Assembly (NCBI RefSeq): GCF_031769215.1
Contig: NW_026782269.1
Location: 682,001 to 746,000, forward strand
Origin: Ylistrum balloti
Lineage: Eukaryota
Direction of reading: 5' to 3'
DNA length: 64,000 nt
The notes under the pieces were generated by a model. It saw only the letters and a program-made list of their open reading frames with translations, searched no databases and was not told the origin of the DNA. Every line of letters starts with the position of its first letter. Position 1 is the stretch's first letter. The translations under genes were made by a program, and so were the position numbers. Of this stretch, positions 50,051-64,000 are shown one piece after another.

Positions 50051-53000
50051 TAATATATAAATAGAACACAATATCTACATATCTGTGATTGATATTGAAG
50101 GATATCTAGAGGTCTTTGTGACCAGTAATAATGAGCTATTTGATAAGTTCAGCCTCGTATGAAAGCAAAACCAAGAGAGGGAGCAGTTTGTTCCTAAATG
50201 TAATCCAATTATCTTTTAGAAGATCTCACCGCCAATCCCGATGAAACTATGGGGCTAGAGCACCTCCTCTCTAGATTGTGGTGACATGTTTTCGATAAAA
50301 TATGTTATTTCTCAGTACCCCATAGGTTTTTAGAAAAAAGGTCCTTATCGTCACTGACGAACCTTAGAAGGGCGAATTTAATGCACTGATCAAGGTGTAA
50401 AGATTTTGGCACAGCAAACCATATTTTAGTTTCACTTTGCGTAATCGAGACCCTGTCTTTCTTGGCACAAAAATGACTACGGATGCTTGAAGTTACCATG
50501 TCATGTTGTACTGGTACACTGAAAACGAGGCTTCTGAAAGCCGGGAGATCGTCATATCGTCTAAAAAGCTATTAAGATCAAACGTATTTACGACGTATAT
50601 TAAGTCCTATACTATTACGGCTGAAGACGACTATTACCGAGTTTTTATCTGGGGTATATTACGAGATATTCACTTCAACACTCTAGCTGACCGGATTCAC
50701 AGCATGTTTAACCTTTATTGATTCCTCATTCGAATCATTAACACAATGATTGGATGTAGGTATGTTAATGTTATTATTGGCGGCCCCAATAACACTGTCC
50801 AGATTTCACTCACTGTTCCAGGAAGAGTTGTCTTTCTTACTTCATGATTGACAAAGGTTCAGATTGTACGGTTTATAGTAATCAAGTACTTTGTAATTCG
50901 TTGTGACAAAAATACACCGAATGCTGAATAATATCCACTGAACATACAACGAAATGATTATACTAGAATAGCTGTAAGTGTTGAAGCCTGTTCTATTCTA
51001 TAGTTTTGCTTGATTTAACAGCAGTTTCCTTAACGGCTCACCTACTGTAACCTTTAACCTCGAGGTCACTTGAATTTATATCGTAATAAGATGGAGGCGT
51101 TCACACATGGTCACGAATAATAGTTTCTTATTAGTATTTTAATCACTGATAACACGGATACGTCCTATTTTAGGTAAATGATCTCAAAAGGACACACATC
51201 ATCAACATCATGTAGCCGTCATCAGAATGAATCATGGTGATTTTGCACGCATCCTTCAGAGTTTGACATTTCCTTCGATTAATTTTTTTTTTTTTCGAAG
51301 TCAAAGATTTTTTAAAAATTAAGTCCTAAGCACTGAAGGACGAAACAGCTGTATTATGCAGTTTATTTCGTTATTTGGCTTTACTCTGTTAAATTCTAAA
51401 TTTGTATTTATCTTGTGTATTTTTGTGCAATCTTATTTAACTTTCAAAAGCATTTTTTGAAATTTGGAACAAAATTGACCTCATGATATCTAAAAAGCAT
51501 TTTCGTAAAAGTATATCTCATAACCGCTGTTTTCCCCGTGTTTATAAACTTATTCGTGTTTGAATTAATATCAGCGCCATCGAAAATTGTTTTTTGGCCT
51601 GTTTGGATCCAGTCTTATAAAATACTATATTGAAATACATGTATACGAATAACTGAAAGATAACTATATATAAAATTATATTTATATATAAAACCACTAC
51701 TTAACTCATTTCAATAATTTTATTTTGTTCCAAAACATCTATCTCCTCTTCTCGCTGTACACTACATATATATCGGTGAGTACGATTTAAAAGTAACAAG
51801 AAAGTAATTCAAACTCAGATTCAATTAATCTAGGGAAGCTCCTGAAAATAAGAACCAGGTGAATAAGACCAGGTGTTCCTACAATTGAATAGTTTAAGCC
51901 CTTTATATTTATCTTTCAAATATGCAATATTTAAAGTCTTTAAATTTGATAATGCCAACAAGACTGCGACTGAAAATTGCCCGGAACGCTTTACTTTTAG
52001 ATAATACGTGTATCTTATTTTGACGTTACAACAAAATGTATTATGTACATAAAATGACATATTTCAAAGTCAGCCATCATTGTTGATGAACCCAATTATC
52101 TATATGTAGTTTCACCTATATCTTTGTCGTTAAACAATAAAATGCAGAGCATATTTTAAAATTCAATCCATTTTGTATCACATTGGTAAGGGCCGTAATG
52201 TCTTTTGTCTTGCAACTTAATCATAGTGTAAACTCGTTCTCCGTGCCACGAGGACCCTCATCACCAGGACCATGAACGCAGGAAACATTACGGCAAACAA
52301 TTAAACCACAGGCATATAGAGAGTTCTTGAAAGTGTCATCAATACTAACAAATATATTTTACAAATAAAAAAAAAATTGGACACACGAGTAAAATATATT
52401 TGTTATCACTGAAGACACTATTAAATTTTCTATCTATCATATTTTCACAAGCAAAATAGCCAAATTACTGGCATATTAAGTACAGATATAGACGAACGAA
52501 GCTGACTATGCTTTTCGTGGGCTCTACTCACTCATTGCACTTAATATAATCCCTTTTAAAAGATCATTTAATCATATATCATTTGATCATATATCAACAC
52601 AAAAATAATTTTCAATGTAAATTTATTCTTATACTCACATAGAAAAATATTGATTAATGTCTGGAACAGACAAAATATGCTATAACCTATGACAACTTAC
52701 TGCGCGCCTGAAAATATGGCGGCATACTAGCTGTCGCTGCCGTTTACAAGAATTCTCCTGAAATGTCTAGATCCATTTTCAAGACGTTCGGTTGGGGATT
52801 GCGTTTGACTTCAATGGAAATGAAAGTTAACCGTAGAAATGAAGGTCGTTTCTTTGGTTTTGTGTGGGATTTCGTTTGTATCTTCTTTGATAATTTGTCT
52901 ATTCTATAAGATAATTTGTGTTTTCTCTTTTCATTGAATTAATCTGCAAAAGTGTTATTTTCACTAGAACTTTGTATGATCTTCATTTGTGTGTCTCTTG

Positions 53001-53053
53001 TATAATCTTTGAGTTTTCCTCTGTCGTCTCCTAGTTTTATAATTTAGGTCCAT

Positions 53054-53098
53054 AACATCACTGACGAGTTCTAGAAGGACGATACAGCTGTATTATAC
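53054..53098 (+). ncRNA. Decayed hammerhead ribozyme copy
   Basis: ACAUCA-CUGACGA-GUUC/UAGAA/GGAC-GAUA-C-AGCU-GUA; GAAA is changed to GAUA. Confidence 0.55.
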
Positions 53099-53329
53099 AG
53101 GTTCATTCATTGTTCGGCTCTAACGTGTCTTATCTAAATCTGTGTTAAAAGATATATTTACGTGTGGTTCCTTTGTACACTATTATAATATCACGAAATT
53201 TTTTAATAGTGTTCATCGTAAACACCTAACGGGAAACAGGAATGAATATCAAGGACACTTTAGACTCTTTTTCTTCAGCCGCTTACGTCGACTATTTTTT
53301 ATAACGCAATCAAAATGCTGTATTTCCCA

Positions 53330-53530
53330 TTTCAAATAATAACTACCGGTTTCCCCAATGTATAGCCTTTACATGTCGCAATTGATTCGATATTCAAGGA
53401 CTTGTTCCCAATAGCACGACTTATATGTTAGATTTCGGCATCTGACTGAAAAACTCACAGCACAGGGTTTCGGGAGATGCTGGCTGGTGAAGGTTATGAG
53501 GAAGTTTTGTGGTCGTCATAGAGATTTAAA
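53330..53530 (+). mobile_element. Penelope-like RT C-terminal remnant
   Basis: YMSQLIRYSR, LTEKLTAQGF and RKFCGRHRDL. Confidence 0.65.
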
Positions 53531-54059
53531 AAATAAGTATTTTTTCTTTTATAATATCAATATTGATGTGTTCGATGCTCGTAAGAATGCTAAGTTTATT
53601 ATATTTCAGGGTGGAAGCCATATTTATGGGTTCAGGTATAAACATCAAGCGGTTGCCTATGGTATATCTGTTTTTCAAAAATTACAGAAAACACCAGCTT
53701 CGGCGAGTGAAATAAAAACACAAAAATGTCATCATAACCATTATCCAAACTCAAATTCAATATGACTACGGCAAGATATAAATCACAGGAAGATTTACAA
53801 GGAGACTACTCAAAACGTACAAAGATAATGAGATCAGGTGTTCCGGAAGAGTAAGTGTCTTCTGCTTCATCCACGACATCCGCCATGTAAAACTTGGTCA
53901 ATCCAAGTAAGTAATGTCTCGTTCTAAAACAGGAACAATGCATACCAAAAACGGAACCAACAGAAAAATCAATTAGCAACAAATGATATCACTCTAACAA
54001 CCGTAAAACTTTCCAATAATTTTCATTAACCTACATATTTAGAAACCCTGTGTTACTAG

Positions 54060-54270
54060 TTTGACCGTCAGTTGACGACTTCTTCTACGAGATCGTGATG
54101 ATGGGAACAGACCCTTAAATATCGAATCAACTGCGACATGTACTCACTATAGGTTGGAGATGCAGGGATGTTGCTGTCCAGAAATTGAAAATTCACAATG
54201 GGGAAATTGAAACCATTACCCTGATTACCTGACGTAGAAGAGTTTGTTTTGTCTTTGACTTCCAATTTTG
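54060..54270 (-). mobile_element. Penelope-like RT remnant
   Basis: FNFPIVNFQFLDSNIPASPTYSEYMSQLIRYLRVCS. Confidence 0.7.
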
Positions 54271-55899
54271 GTGGTCAATAAATGTCTTTATGATGATTTG
54301 TTATTTAAAGACAAAACGTCATCAACATACACATAAGTATTCCAATAGTCTGTCGGAAGATCTTACCACCAAACTAGACGAAGATGTTGTCAACCAGAAA
54401 CTCGATCAAGCTCGAGTTTGTACATTTATGACGTGTTTTTACCATCATAACAGAACTATTCTGTTGTATTTACTTGTTTTGTACCCGTGTGTGTTTACCG
54501 TATCAGCTGGGACATAATGGTATGATCTGAAATGAACGACGCTAATTGATATACGAAAAAGATAATTTCGGAAAATATCGAAATACAATGATTTGCCGAG
54601 TTGTTACATACAGTGCAATGAAATGTACTTCGGGGTACTTTTCTTAAGCACTTAATATGTATTTATTGAAATAAAATATTTACTAGAAATGTGACAGACG
54701 AATGCATCATGATTAACTAGTTTGAGTTGTGACCACAGATCAAATTCACCTTTGAATTTCGCATTATGTTACACGTCGTTAGTACATTGTAACGTAATAA
54801 AAATGCCCACATCACAATAAACAATGCTGTGATACACATTAAAATAGACTACAGCTGACTATCCTTTGCTTGTAAATCATTATCAGTGTCTTGGTGCTAC
54901 GTCCGAACGTTTTATAGGCGTGTATGTAATAGACTTTTGTAAGTATGTGTTTATAATTAGGAGATTTGTCATTATGATACTGTTCGTGTTTTCCTGTCGT
55001 TTCGGAACTACTTGATCTTATGTATGAGATGATAATAGATTTTAAGGTAGGTTGTGTGATAGTGTAGGGGTGTTAAGGGCCAGGCAGAGATGTCGGAACA
55101 GGTAACCAATCTCATCATTATCTATTTTATTACAACTAATATAGCACTTACTAACTGTGTCAGAAATAAAACCCCTTTTCATTTGTTTTCTTCTCCCATC
55201 TAAACACCATGTTATGTATCATCTAGCTAGTAATTACAGGGCGGGCACACTAATTTACAGACGGAGTAAGTTTACCGTATTAAGATACGATAGGACGATA
55301 ATCAACCTCCTGACCTCTACCTAAGGTCAAAGTGGATGTTTGATTGCTGAACCGCAAAAACATAAGGCTCTTCCGTGTATGGTGTTGAGGTATCATATAT
55401 CGGAGTCCACGCGCATCTGCCCCCTGCCGTCCAAGAGTCACTTGTAAACATACCTTTTTAAGGTTTTAAATCTGTAACTTTCGAAGTCTCTTATTGTCAG
55501 TATTTTCCGCACCTGGTAATTTTGATACCACAGGTAGAATGAAATATGTTAATGACTTTTTTCTGTAACCTGACTATATGGACAATGATAAGCACACATT
55601 AACATACGATTTTCGTATCCGTTACAGTCCATGTTAACCCACACACGGATTTTCCAAACCTATTCTCATAACTTTGTACATCTTTCCAATCAATCTACCA
55701 AGTATTATGTTTGAAATACGCAAGACACACGGTAATTAATTTACCCATGATATATTATAGCAATTTTTTTTATCAATTTCATAAAAATCTGTATCAGACA
55801 TACATACAGCTGGCGGTGTTTGTTGAGGTGACATTCGGTATTATTAGCTAAATTTCAAATAAACATACACAGATCTCAGATCAGATCAGATATACGAAA

Positions 55900-56065
55900 A
55901 CCAAGCTATATGTATAGCCAAGAAAACAAATAAAATTATTCCTTCTTTAACTATTGGCAGCAACGAAATTAAATGTGAAATTTCTGTTAAACTTCTGAGT
56001 GTTGACATCGGCTCTGATCTGAATTTTGATATACATATATCAACCATATACAGAAAACCCCCAGA
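55900..56065 (+). mobile_element. Short CR1/L2-like RT fragment
   Basis: EIKCEISVKLLSVDIGSDLNFDIHISTIYRK, the same RT segment as at ~8200. Confidence 0.55.
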
Positions 56066-59000
56066 CATTTTTGTATCCTAAAATGAATTAACTGTTACAT
56101 CACCAAGATGTGTAGCATCACTATTTTAAATTTTTTCCTTTTTTTCTCAAATTGTAACTACTAGTTTAGTACTTCTGTTGTATGAAAAACACTAGGAAAC
56201 TAGAAAAGACAGAGGAAAGGGCAGACAGATTTATAGGGAATGATTTTACTACTTCTCTACTTATAGTCTTTAAACAAGAAATAGTAGTTCTTTAATTCAT
56301 ATTAACCACCTAAGAAGTATAGATATGAACTTTGTTTTTAAAATTTTATGGTATCAGTAATCAATATATATCTAATTTATTGAATTTTTAAAAATTTCTA
56401 ATCACAATTTCAGGCGTGACCTCACTACTACCATACCACAGGTCAAAACAACTAGGTATGGTAGGAAATCACTTCGATTCGAGGCGACCCGGATGTTGTA
56501 TAGTCTTTTTTTAAGGATGTTTTATTCAGCGAAATGTGATGCATGATCACATTGTGATATTTTATTCAGCGAAATGTGATGCATGATTTCATTGTGATAT
56601 TTGTGGTATTGAGATATTTGTATGGTACATATACAATGATATAGCCTGGACGAAGTGGCCGGTTACGACTCAAGAGTCCGAAGCTCAGCTAGAACATTTT
56701 ACTATACATATATTTTCATTTTTTTCTCTCTCTCTCTCTTAATATTTTTTCTTAATGAACAGATGAGTACATGAAATTGTTTCCTAACACAAAGTTTTAA
56801 ATATATTTATTTTCTTGAAATGTTTAACCCCGAACACTGTATCATGTGTCACAGGACCGCAATAATATACTGTTTTATACAATTACTTATTTAAGTAACA
56901 CGAAAGTTCGGTACATTTCTTCAAAAATACATACAGTATAGTAGGAAAATCACATTTCTGTCCGTTATGACTTCGTAATTACAATCAATTAGACATACGA
57001 TTTCTTCAGCTAATAACTATAGGTGCCCGAATGACCTTTGATGTGTTGACGGGTCGTTAAGACTGTAATAACTATAGGTGAAAAGAAACTAAACTCGGAG
57101 AAAACCTGTATTGTTTATTAACAAATAAATAACCAGGAACAGCCAATGACATTTTGTGATTTTAACCTGACGAATATAATTATGATATGAAGAGGGACAG
57201 ATTTTTCTTCATCGAAAAGATTTGTAAGATTTTTTCTGTGCACCTGTTTTATGACAAACTAGCTACACACATCACTGACAACATATATCTTACACGTGAT
57301 ATTTATCTTCTTTATCCAATGACATTTTTTTCTATTTGATTATTCATCCTTTCGATAAATACAATCCGTATAAATTATATTTTATGAACACTTATCGAAA
57401 CTACAACGATTAAAAGAACTAGTGTCCATTGTGAGAGTTTCATATTCAAAGCAGACTTGAAGTAAATATGGTTAATTTACTTTATTTATAAAAGTCCATC
57501 GAAATTACCAATATACGTCAGACTGTGAAATGCGGCCTCGAAGAGTTCCAGTTTTTGTATATAAAATCTGACTTTGGTTTAATTTTATTGTCCGATATAT
57601 TCTGGTGGCCCACCATAATCAAATACAGTGGACTGACGGTAAGACTGTAGCGGATTTAGTCTGATTTCCCTTGCTCTTTGTTTATCAATATTTTACAATT
57701 CCGAAACAACGCCTTTCAAATTATCCGTGATTTATAAACCATTCCTCCACTCAAGCAGGCAGGAATTATTATAATGCAGAAAAAAAACAAAGAATATGAC
57801 TCGCCAGGGGATCAGGCAACAAGATTGGAACATATGTAGTTTGAAACCACTGTCACAAAACACCTCCCATCTGCCGGTAGTCTTCAGTATAAATACATTT
57901 ACGGTGCAGTTGTGGTTTCTACATAGACCAGCATCTTGTCGGCATTGATACTCACCACAATGGTATTTACAGTCCTCAAAAGTTTCAGATTTCTACAGAA
58001 AAGCACTTTACCTATCGAATAAAAAATATATCTCGGCGTGTTCCTTAGGCTTAACGTTTGTTGATAAAACTTTTTCCAAACATCAGTATAGACCATAACA
58101 CAACAGAGACGATGAGAGTTTGCAGGTACAAGATAAACAATACGATTACGGCACGGTCTCCTGGTGATAGAGTAGATGTATGGATACAGATACACGGGTC
58201 TGTAACGTTATTAAGCTGACTAGTCTGTATGTCTGGGTTCGGTAGTAATGTCATTGACGGCCCAAAATGTCCTACCCGGCATGACCACGCTTACGCTGCA
58301 CAGTTGGATCTAACGCCTCATTAAACACAAATAACATTAATGCTAAATTAATATGATATACTACTGTTTTTAATCCGGTAAATTGTTCTTTTACATTTAA
58401 GAGACGCGGATTGAAGCAAGCGGGGAATTGATGTGGATATGGCAAGTGGTTGGAACTCGGCGGCAATTGAATAAAAATTGAATAAATGCAATGGCGAGAG
58501 ATGGCGGTTATGTAGGTTCCTCCGCACCGTCATCCAATGCGAACGTTTGGTCCTTAAGGGGACAAGGAAGGCTCAGTATCAGCCCCGAAATTGCCATTTA
58601 GGTAATTGGCTAAGGATGAAATTTGATGTTTGGGTCTTCTGTGTCATATCTCAACCACAATTTTCATGTATTTACAATTCTCAGAGCAGCGCTTCTCTGA
58701 AGCCTGAGTGGCGAGTATTGATGGAAAAAGTCAATTCATATTCCGACAAATTAGATTGAAATAATGCATCTTGGGGTTCTTTGTTTTGTGTTAAATGTCA
58801 GAAATAACACTACTACGTTAGTGTTTCTACATTTACACGAGCGAATGGTGGAGAATTTCACATACTTTGTTTCTGTAGTGACTTTGGCATGGCGTTTCCT
58901 TCGGAGACTTTACTGAAGTTTGTTGTGTATTACCTAGAATACTTATCAGTAAGAGTATTTAGCATATGGTTTTTTGCCGAAATTGAATAAAAAAACTGCG

Positions 59001-59374
59001 TACTAGATAAATTTGTGTGAATTGATGGTAATCATTCATTTTCGAGAAGGAGGGGAGGAGGGTTTGGATTTTCGTTGATTCCGCAGGCAATATTAATCCT
59101 TAAATCCATAAGTCCACGAAATGTTAAAATTAGTTTGAGAAGTTCAATTGTGCTATATCTTTATCCACGAAATCAATCGTCCACGAAATAGCATTTTGTT
59201 ATTGAGAAGCCACGAAAATTGAGACCCACGAAATACATGGTTTTATAGAAATTGTTTATGATATGATGAATAACTTCATACAAATTGTTTATGACTTTAT
59301 CATCTATAAATGTGGAAATGCCATCGGGTCTACCTTAGGTAATTAAAACCAGATGTATCATTGTTGTATCTATG

Positions 59375-61535
59375 GAAATAGCTGTATTAAACAGTACTAC
59401 CCATTTACTTTACACCGAGTTAGTTAACCATAACGACAACTGTATTAAACAGTACTACACATTTACTTTATACCGGGTTAGTTATCCATAACAACAACTG
59501 TATTAAACAGTACTACACATTTACTTTACACCGCGTTAGTTATCCATAACAACAACTGTATTAAACAGTACTACACATTTACTTTACACCGCGTTAGTTA
59601 TCCACCAGAACAACTGTATTAAACAGTACTACACATTTACTTTACACCGCGTCAGTTATCCATAACAGCAACTGTATTAAACAGTACTACACATTTACTT
59701 TACACCGCGTTAGTTATCCACCAGAACAACTGTATTAAACAGTACTACACATTTACTTTACACCGCGTTAGTTATCCATAACAACAACTGTATTAAACAG
59801 TACTACACATTTACTTTACACCGCGTTAGTTATCCACCAGAACAACTGTATTAAACAGTACTACACATTTACTTTACACCGCGTTAGTTATCCATAACAA
59901 CAACTGTATTAAACAGTACTACACATTTACTTTACACCGCGTTAGTTATCCACCAGAACAACTGTATTAAACAGTACTACACATTTACTTTACACCGCGT
60001 TAGTTATCCATAACAACAACTGTATTAAACAGTACTACACATTTACTTTACACCGCGTTAGTTATCCACCAGAACAACTGTATTAAACAGTACTACACAT
60101 TTACTTTACACCGCGTTAGTTATCCATAACAACAACTGTATTAAACAGAACTACACATTTACTTTACACCGCGTTATTTATCCATAACAACAACTGTATT
60201 AAACAGTACTACACATTTACTTTACACCGCGTTAGTTATCCATAACAGCAACTGTATTAAACAGTACTTCACATTTACTTTACACCGCGTTAGTTATCCA
60301 TAACAACAACTGTATTAAACAGAACTACACATTTACTTTACACCGCGTTAGTTATCCATAACAACAACTGTATTAAACAGTACTACACATTTACTTTACA
60401 CCGCGTTAGTTATCCACCAGAACAACTGTATTAAACAGTACTACACATTTACTTTACACCGCGTTAGTTATCCATAACAACAACTGTATTAAACAGTACT
60501 ACACATTTACTTTACACCGCGTCAGTTATCCATAACAACAACTGTATTAAACAGAACTACACATTTACTTTACACCGCGTTAGTTATCCACCAGAACAAC
60601 TGTATTAAACAGTACTACACATTTACTTTACACCGCGTTAGTTATCCATAACAACAACTGTATTAAACAGTACTACACATTTACTTTACACATTTACTTT
60701 ACACATATCGCGTTAGTTATCCACCAGAACAACTGTATTAAACAGTACTACACACTTTACGTTTTACACCAGAACAACTGTATTAGTACTTATCCACCAG
60801 AACAACTGTATTAAACAGTACTACACATTTACTTTACTTTATACAGAACGGGTTAGTTATCCATAACAACAACTGATTATTAAACAGTACTACACATTTA
60901 CTTACTTTACACCGCGTTAGTTATCCATAAAACAACTGTATTACTACACATTTACTTTACACCGCGTTAGTTATCCATAACAACAACTGTATTAAACAGA
61001 ACTACACATTTACTTTATATCGCGTTAGTTATCCACCAGAACAACTGTATTAAACAGTACTACACATTTACTTTACACCGCGTTAGTTATCCACCAGAAC
61101 AACTGTATTAAACAGAACTACACATTTACTTTACACCGCGTTAGTTATCCACCAGAACAACTGTATTAAACAGTACTACACATTTACTTTACACCGCGTT
61201 AGTTATCCATAACAACAACTGTATTAAACAGAACTACACATTTACTTTATATCGCGTTAGTTATCCACCAGAACAACTGTATTAAACAGTACTACACATT
61301 TACTTTATACCGGGTTAGTTATCCATAACAACAACTGTATTAAACAGTACTACACATTTACTTTACACCGCGTTAGTTATCCATAACAACAACTGTATTA
61401 AACAGAACTACACATTTACTTTATATCGCGTTAGTTATCCACCAGAACAACTGTATTAAACAGTACTACACATTTACATTATACCGCGTTAGTTATCCAT
61501 AACAACAACAACTATATAAAACAGTACTACACAAG
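59375..61535 (+). repeat. 58-bp minisatellite (~35 units, two variants)
   Basis: Unit AACTGTATTAAACAGTACTACACATTTACTTTACACCGCGTTAGTTATCCA(TAACAAC/CCAGAAC). Confidence 0.97.
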
Positions 61536-63547
61536 TGAGACAAGTTATATATATTCACGGAAAATGTGAGATATGTTAAAACGTCACGGAGAAAGTAAGA
61601 CAAGTCAGGTAATCAAGGTAAACGTGAGACAAGTTATATTGTCACTTACAATGCAACGACAAAGGGCGGTTTTCTGTATTTCGTATGTATGGTAAACGTG
61701 ATTATTTCATTATTTGTGAATGAAATTTCCATTTTCTGATAGTAGTACCCAACTTTCTTAACTTGCAGTATCTCTGCTGATGCCATATTACAGAGCGTGT
61801 TCCCAACGCCGTTATTCTCCTATAACGATGTAGAGAGCTGATCGGGTTGAAAATCTTCCTTTCAGAATTTCTGAATATCTCAGAAAAAGGCGTACTAAAG
61901 GATAGAAAAGAAATATGAGTTTTGGCGAAACGTTCGATCGCGTTTGACAAAAGATTCTTAGTTAAATTATTATTTTTGGAAATTTTGTATTTTGACAACT
62001 ATTTTATGGTTGTAGTTCTCTACAAATATCTTTGTAAATGGAGATATGTTCTGTGGAGAGATATTTGATTTTAGATATAACAGTATTCTCGTATGCACAG
62101 TAACAGTAGATATACACACAATATGTATCTATAGTCAGTGTGAACATTTCTTAAGGACAGGACACGTCATTGATGGCGATGGCTCAATATCTCGCTACCA
62201 TTCCATTACTTTCAAAGCATTATATCATGGTGCGAACTAGAACTATATAACTATCAAGTACGAGGGAATGTTTTTGGGAAAAATAGCAGTAGTGTGATAC
62301 TTTTCCGCAAAACTGTCTCATCGACAAATAAAATCAGAACACAAATAGCAATTTTATAATTTTCTTTCAAGTTCTAATTAGAACCAACGATTCTTTGTTC
62401 TTGACATTTCAGTACCAAATCCACGGAGAGTGAGGTGTTGCTGTCTGTCCCTTTCCCGGAATGAGAAATATATTATAATATTCTAGAAGTCCAGAATGGT
62501 CCTGCCTCTTGGACCTGTATTTGAGCTCAGTCTCTTTGTCCTGTCACAGACCAGGTACATCTGATAGTAGTTAATCTACGGGGACCATTGATCCGTGTAT
62601 CTACTTGTCTCTCATCCATCACACCAGTCCATCAAGACACTTAATCTTTTATCAAATTTTACTTCATTTCGGAACACTCGCCAGACGGGAAATCGGTTGT
62701 TTATCATTTAACGAGGTTGTGTTTTCCGCTGTTACAATTGATGTCCCTCCTGTCTCGGTTTCACTTCATAAGGGTCATCCCCTTGTCGTTTGTAACGTTA
62801 TACGTCATTACAGACCATAACAACCTTTTTAGGGGATAAGGGACAAATCCTTAATGTCCGCGCTGATCGTCCACTCGTGTCTGACCACAGTGGTCAAGCT
62901 ATCAGTAATCTGCATGTAGGATCAGAGATAATGGGTATAACCATTCATCGAAAGTGAGATTAGACGCCGGACAGCCACAGGGACGCGCGGATGAATACAA
63001 ACATCTGTTCACTGTGTAAATAAGTCCACGCTAAGGGGCGCGTTCGATACAGGTTTAGGTGGTCAGCTTTATTATAAATGTATGAATGATACACCGATCT
63101 AGGGAACAACATGAGATAGGATCTGGACAATCGGTGCCCAAGTGTGTCCAGACACTCCAGATAGGTGTCAATGGTAGTTAGATTCATGAAAGACGACAAA
63201 TAAATCTTTCATGAATGAAATGACCGATTGTCCATAGTTTGGGTATGGATATCCGCTTTCATTTTATTTGAGTTTCAGTTAATAAAATCTGACTCCAACT
63301 AATCCCATATTCCATACATTTGTCCTCTTATTGAGCGGGTTGTTTTGTGTTTCTTTACATATGCACCTCAAAATTTCACTGTCTTCTATATTGCTTCTAA
63401 TTTCCCACTTCATACTTAGAGCAAAGCTTCTATTCAAATCTATCATGTTCGATACAACTTTGTGTCAATATCTTAATCATTATAGATCTTGTTCAACTTC
63501 AATAAAACATTGCAAACATCTTTTAATGAAAATATTTACAATTATAT

Positions 63548-63707
63548 NNNNNNNNNNNNNNNNNNNNNNNNNNNNNNNNNNNNNNNNNNNNNNNNNNNNN
63601 NNNNNNNNNNNNNNNNNNNNNNNNNNNNNNNNNNNNNNNNNNNNNNNNNNNNNNNNNNNNNNNNNNNNNNNNNNNNNNNNNNNNNNNNNNNNNNNNNNNN
63701 NNNNNNN
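63548..63707. other. Assembly gap (N)
   Basis: Run of N. Confidence 1.
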
Positions 63708-64000
63708 ACAGACAGGCGGTCAGTCGGACGGACATTCTTTATGTCCTCTTTTTACAAGAGAACGTGTATATGTATGTTAACATCTTAGCCTACAGGAAGA
63801 TATCGTTTATTAGTGGAATCCCACACATCATTCCTTTTAGATTTACTGTTTGATATCAAACGTTAATTTTTACAATCCGTTCTCCAGTTGTACATTCGAT
63901 CTCCTAATAAAGCTAACACTGTTCATCCATATTTCTATAGCACTCACAACACCATTCACTATTAGACCACAAAATTAAAACAATTTAGGGCAATTTAGCA

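Noticed and set aside
58229-58322. DHAY (HCF-binding-like) motif in a short + strand frame
   Set aside because: A four-residue match in a 31-codon frame with no THAP or transposase context.
62400-63545. GC-richer stretch suggestive of a decayed retroelement on the minus strand
   Set aside because: No diagnostic RT, endonuclease or recombinase motif could be read; it needs a repeat-library search.

Overview
AT-rich, intron-rich animal genomic DNA with two N gaps. It is probably from a bivalve or other lophotrochozoan, inferred only from the repeat content. No prokaryotic features are present. (1) 1-35.5 kb holds two tandem + strand paralogs of a multi-exon death-fold gene that the ORF track misses. 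Manual splicing with GT-AG sites and consistent phases gives: helical/coiled-coil N-terminus - ZU5-like x2 - CARD - partial ZU5 + UPA - death domain - death domain. This looks like a PIDD/ankyrin/DTHD1-type ZU5-UPA-DD module with a CARD inside it and a second DD. Copy A (only its 3' half is in the window) is intact. Copy B has an in-frame triplication of a two-exon, 110-codon module and an 89-nt frameshifting deletion in DD1. (2) 36.7-49.1 kb holds two tandem minus-strand galactose-3-O-sulfotransferase (GAL3ST-family) genes, each 379 aa with two coding exons. In the first gene the start-codon exon has been amplified into a 24 x 50-bp array of upstream ORFs. (3) The rest is minisatellites, a CR1/L2-like LINE remnant, an internally deleted Tc1 element, a tRNA-derived SINE, Penelope-like RT remnants and several decayed copies of a Penelope-type minimal hammerhead ribozyme. 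All domain calls come from motif comparison by eye, not from database searches.
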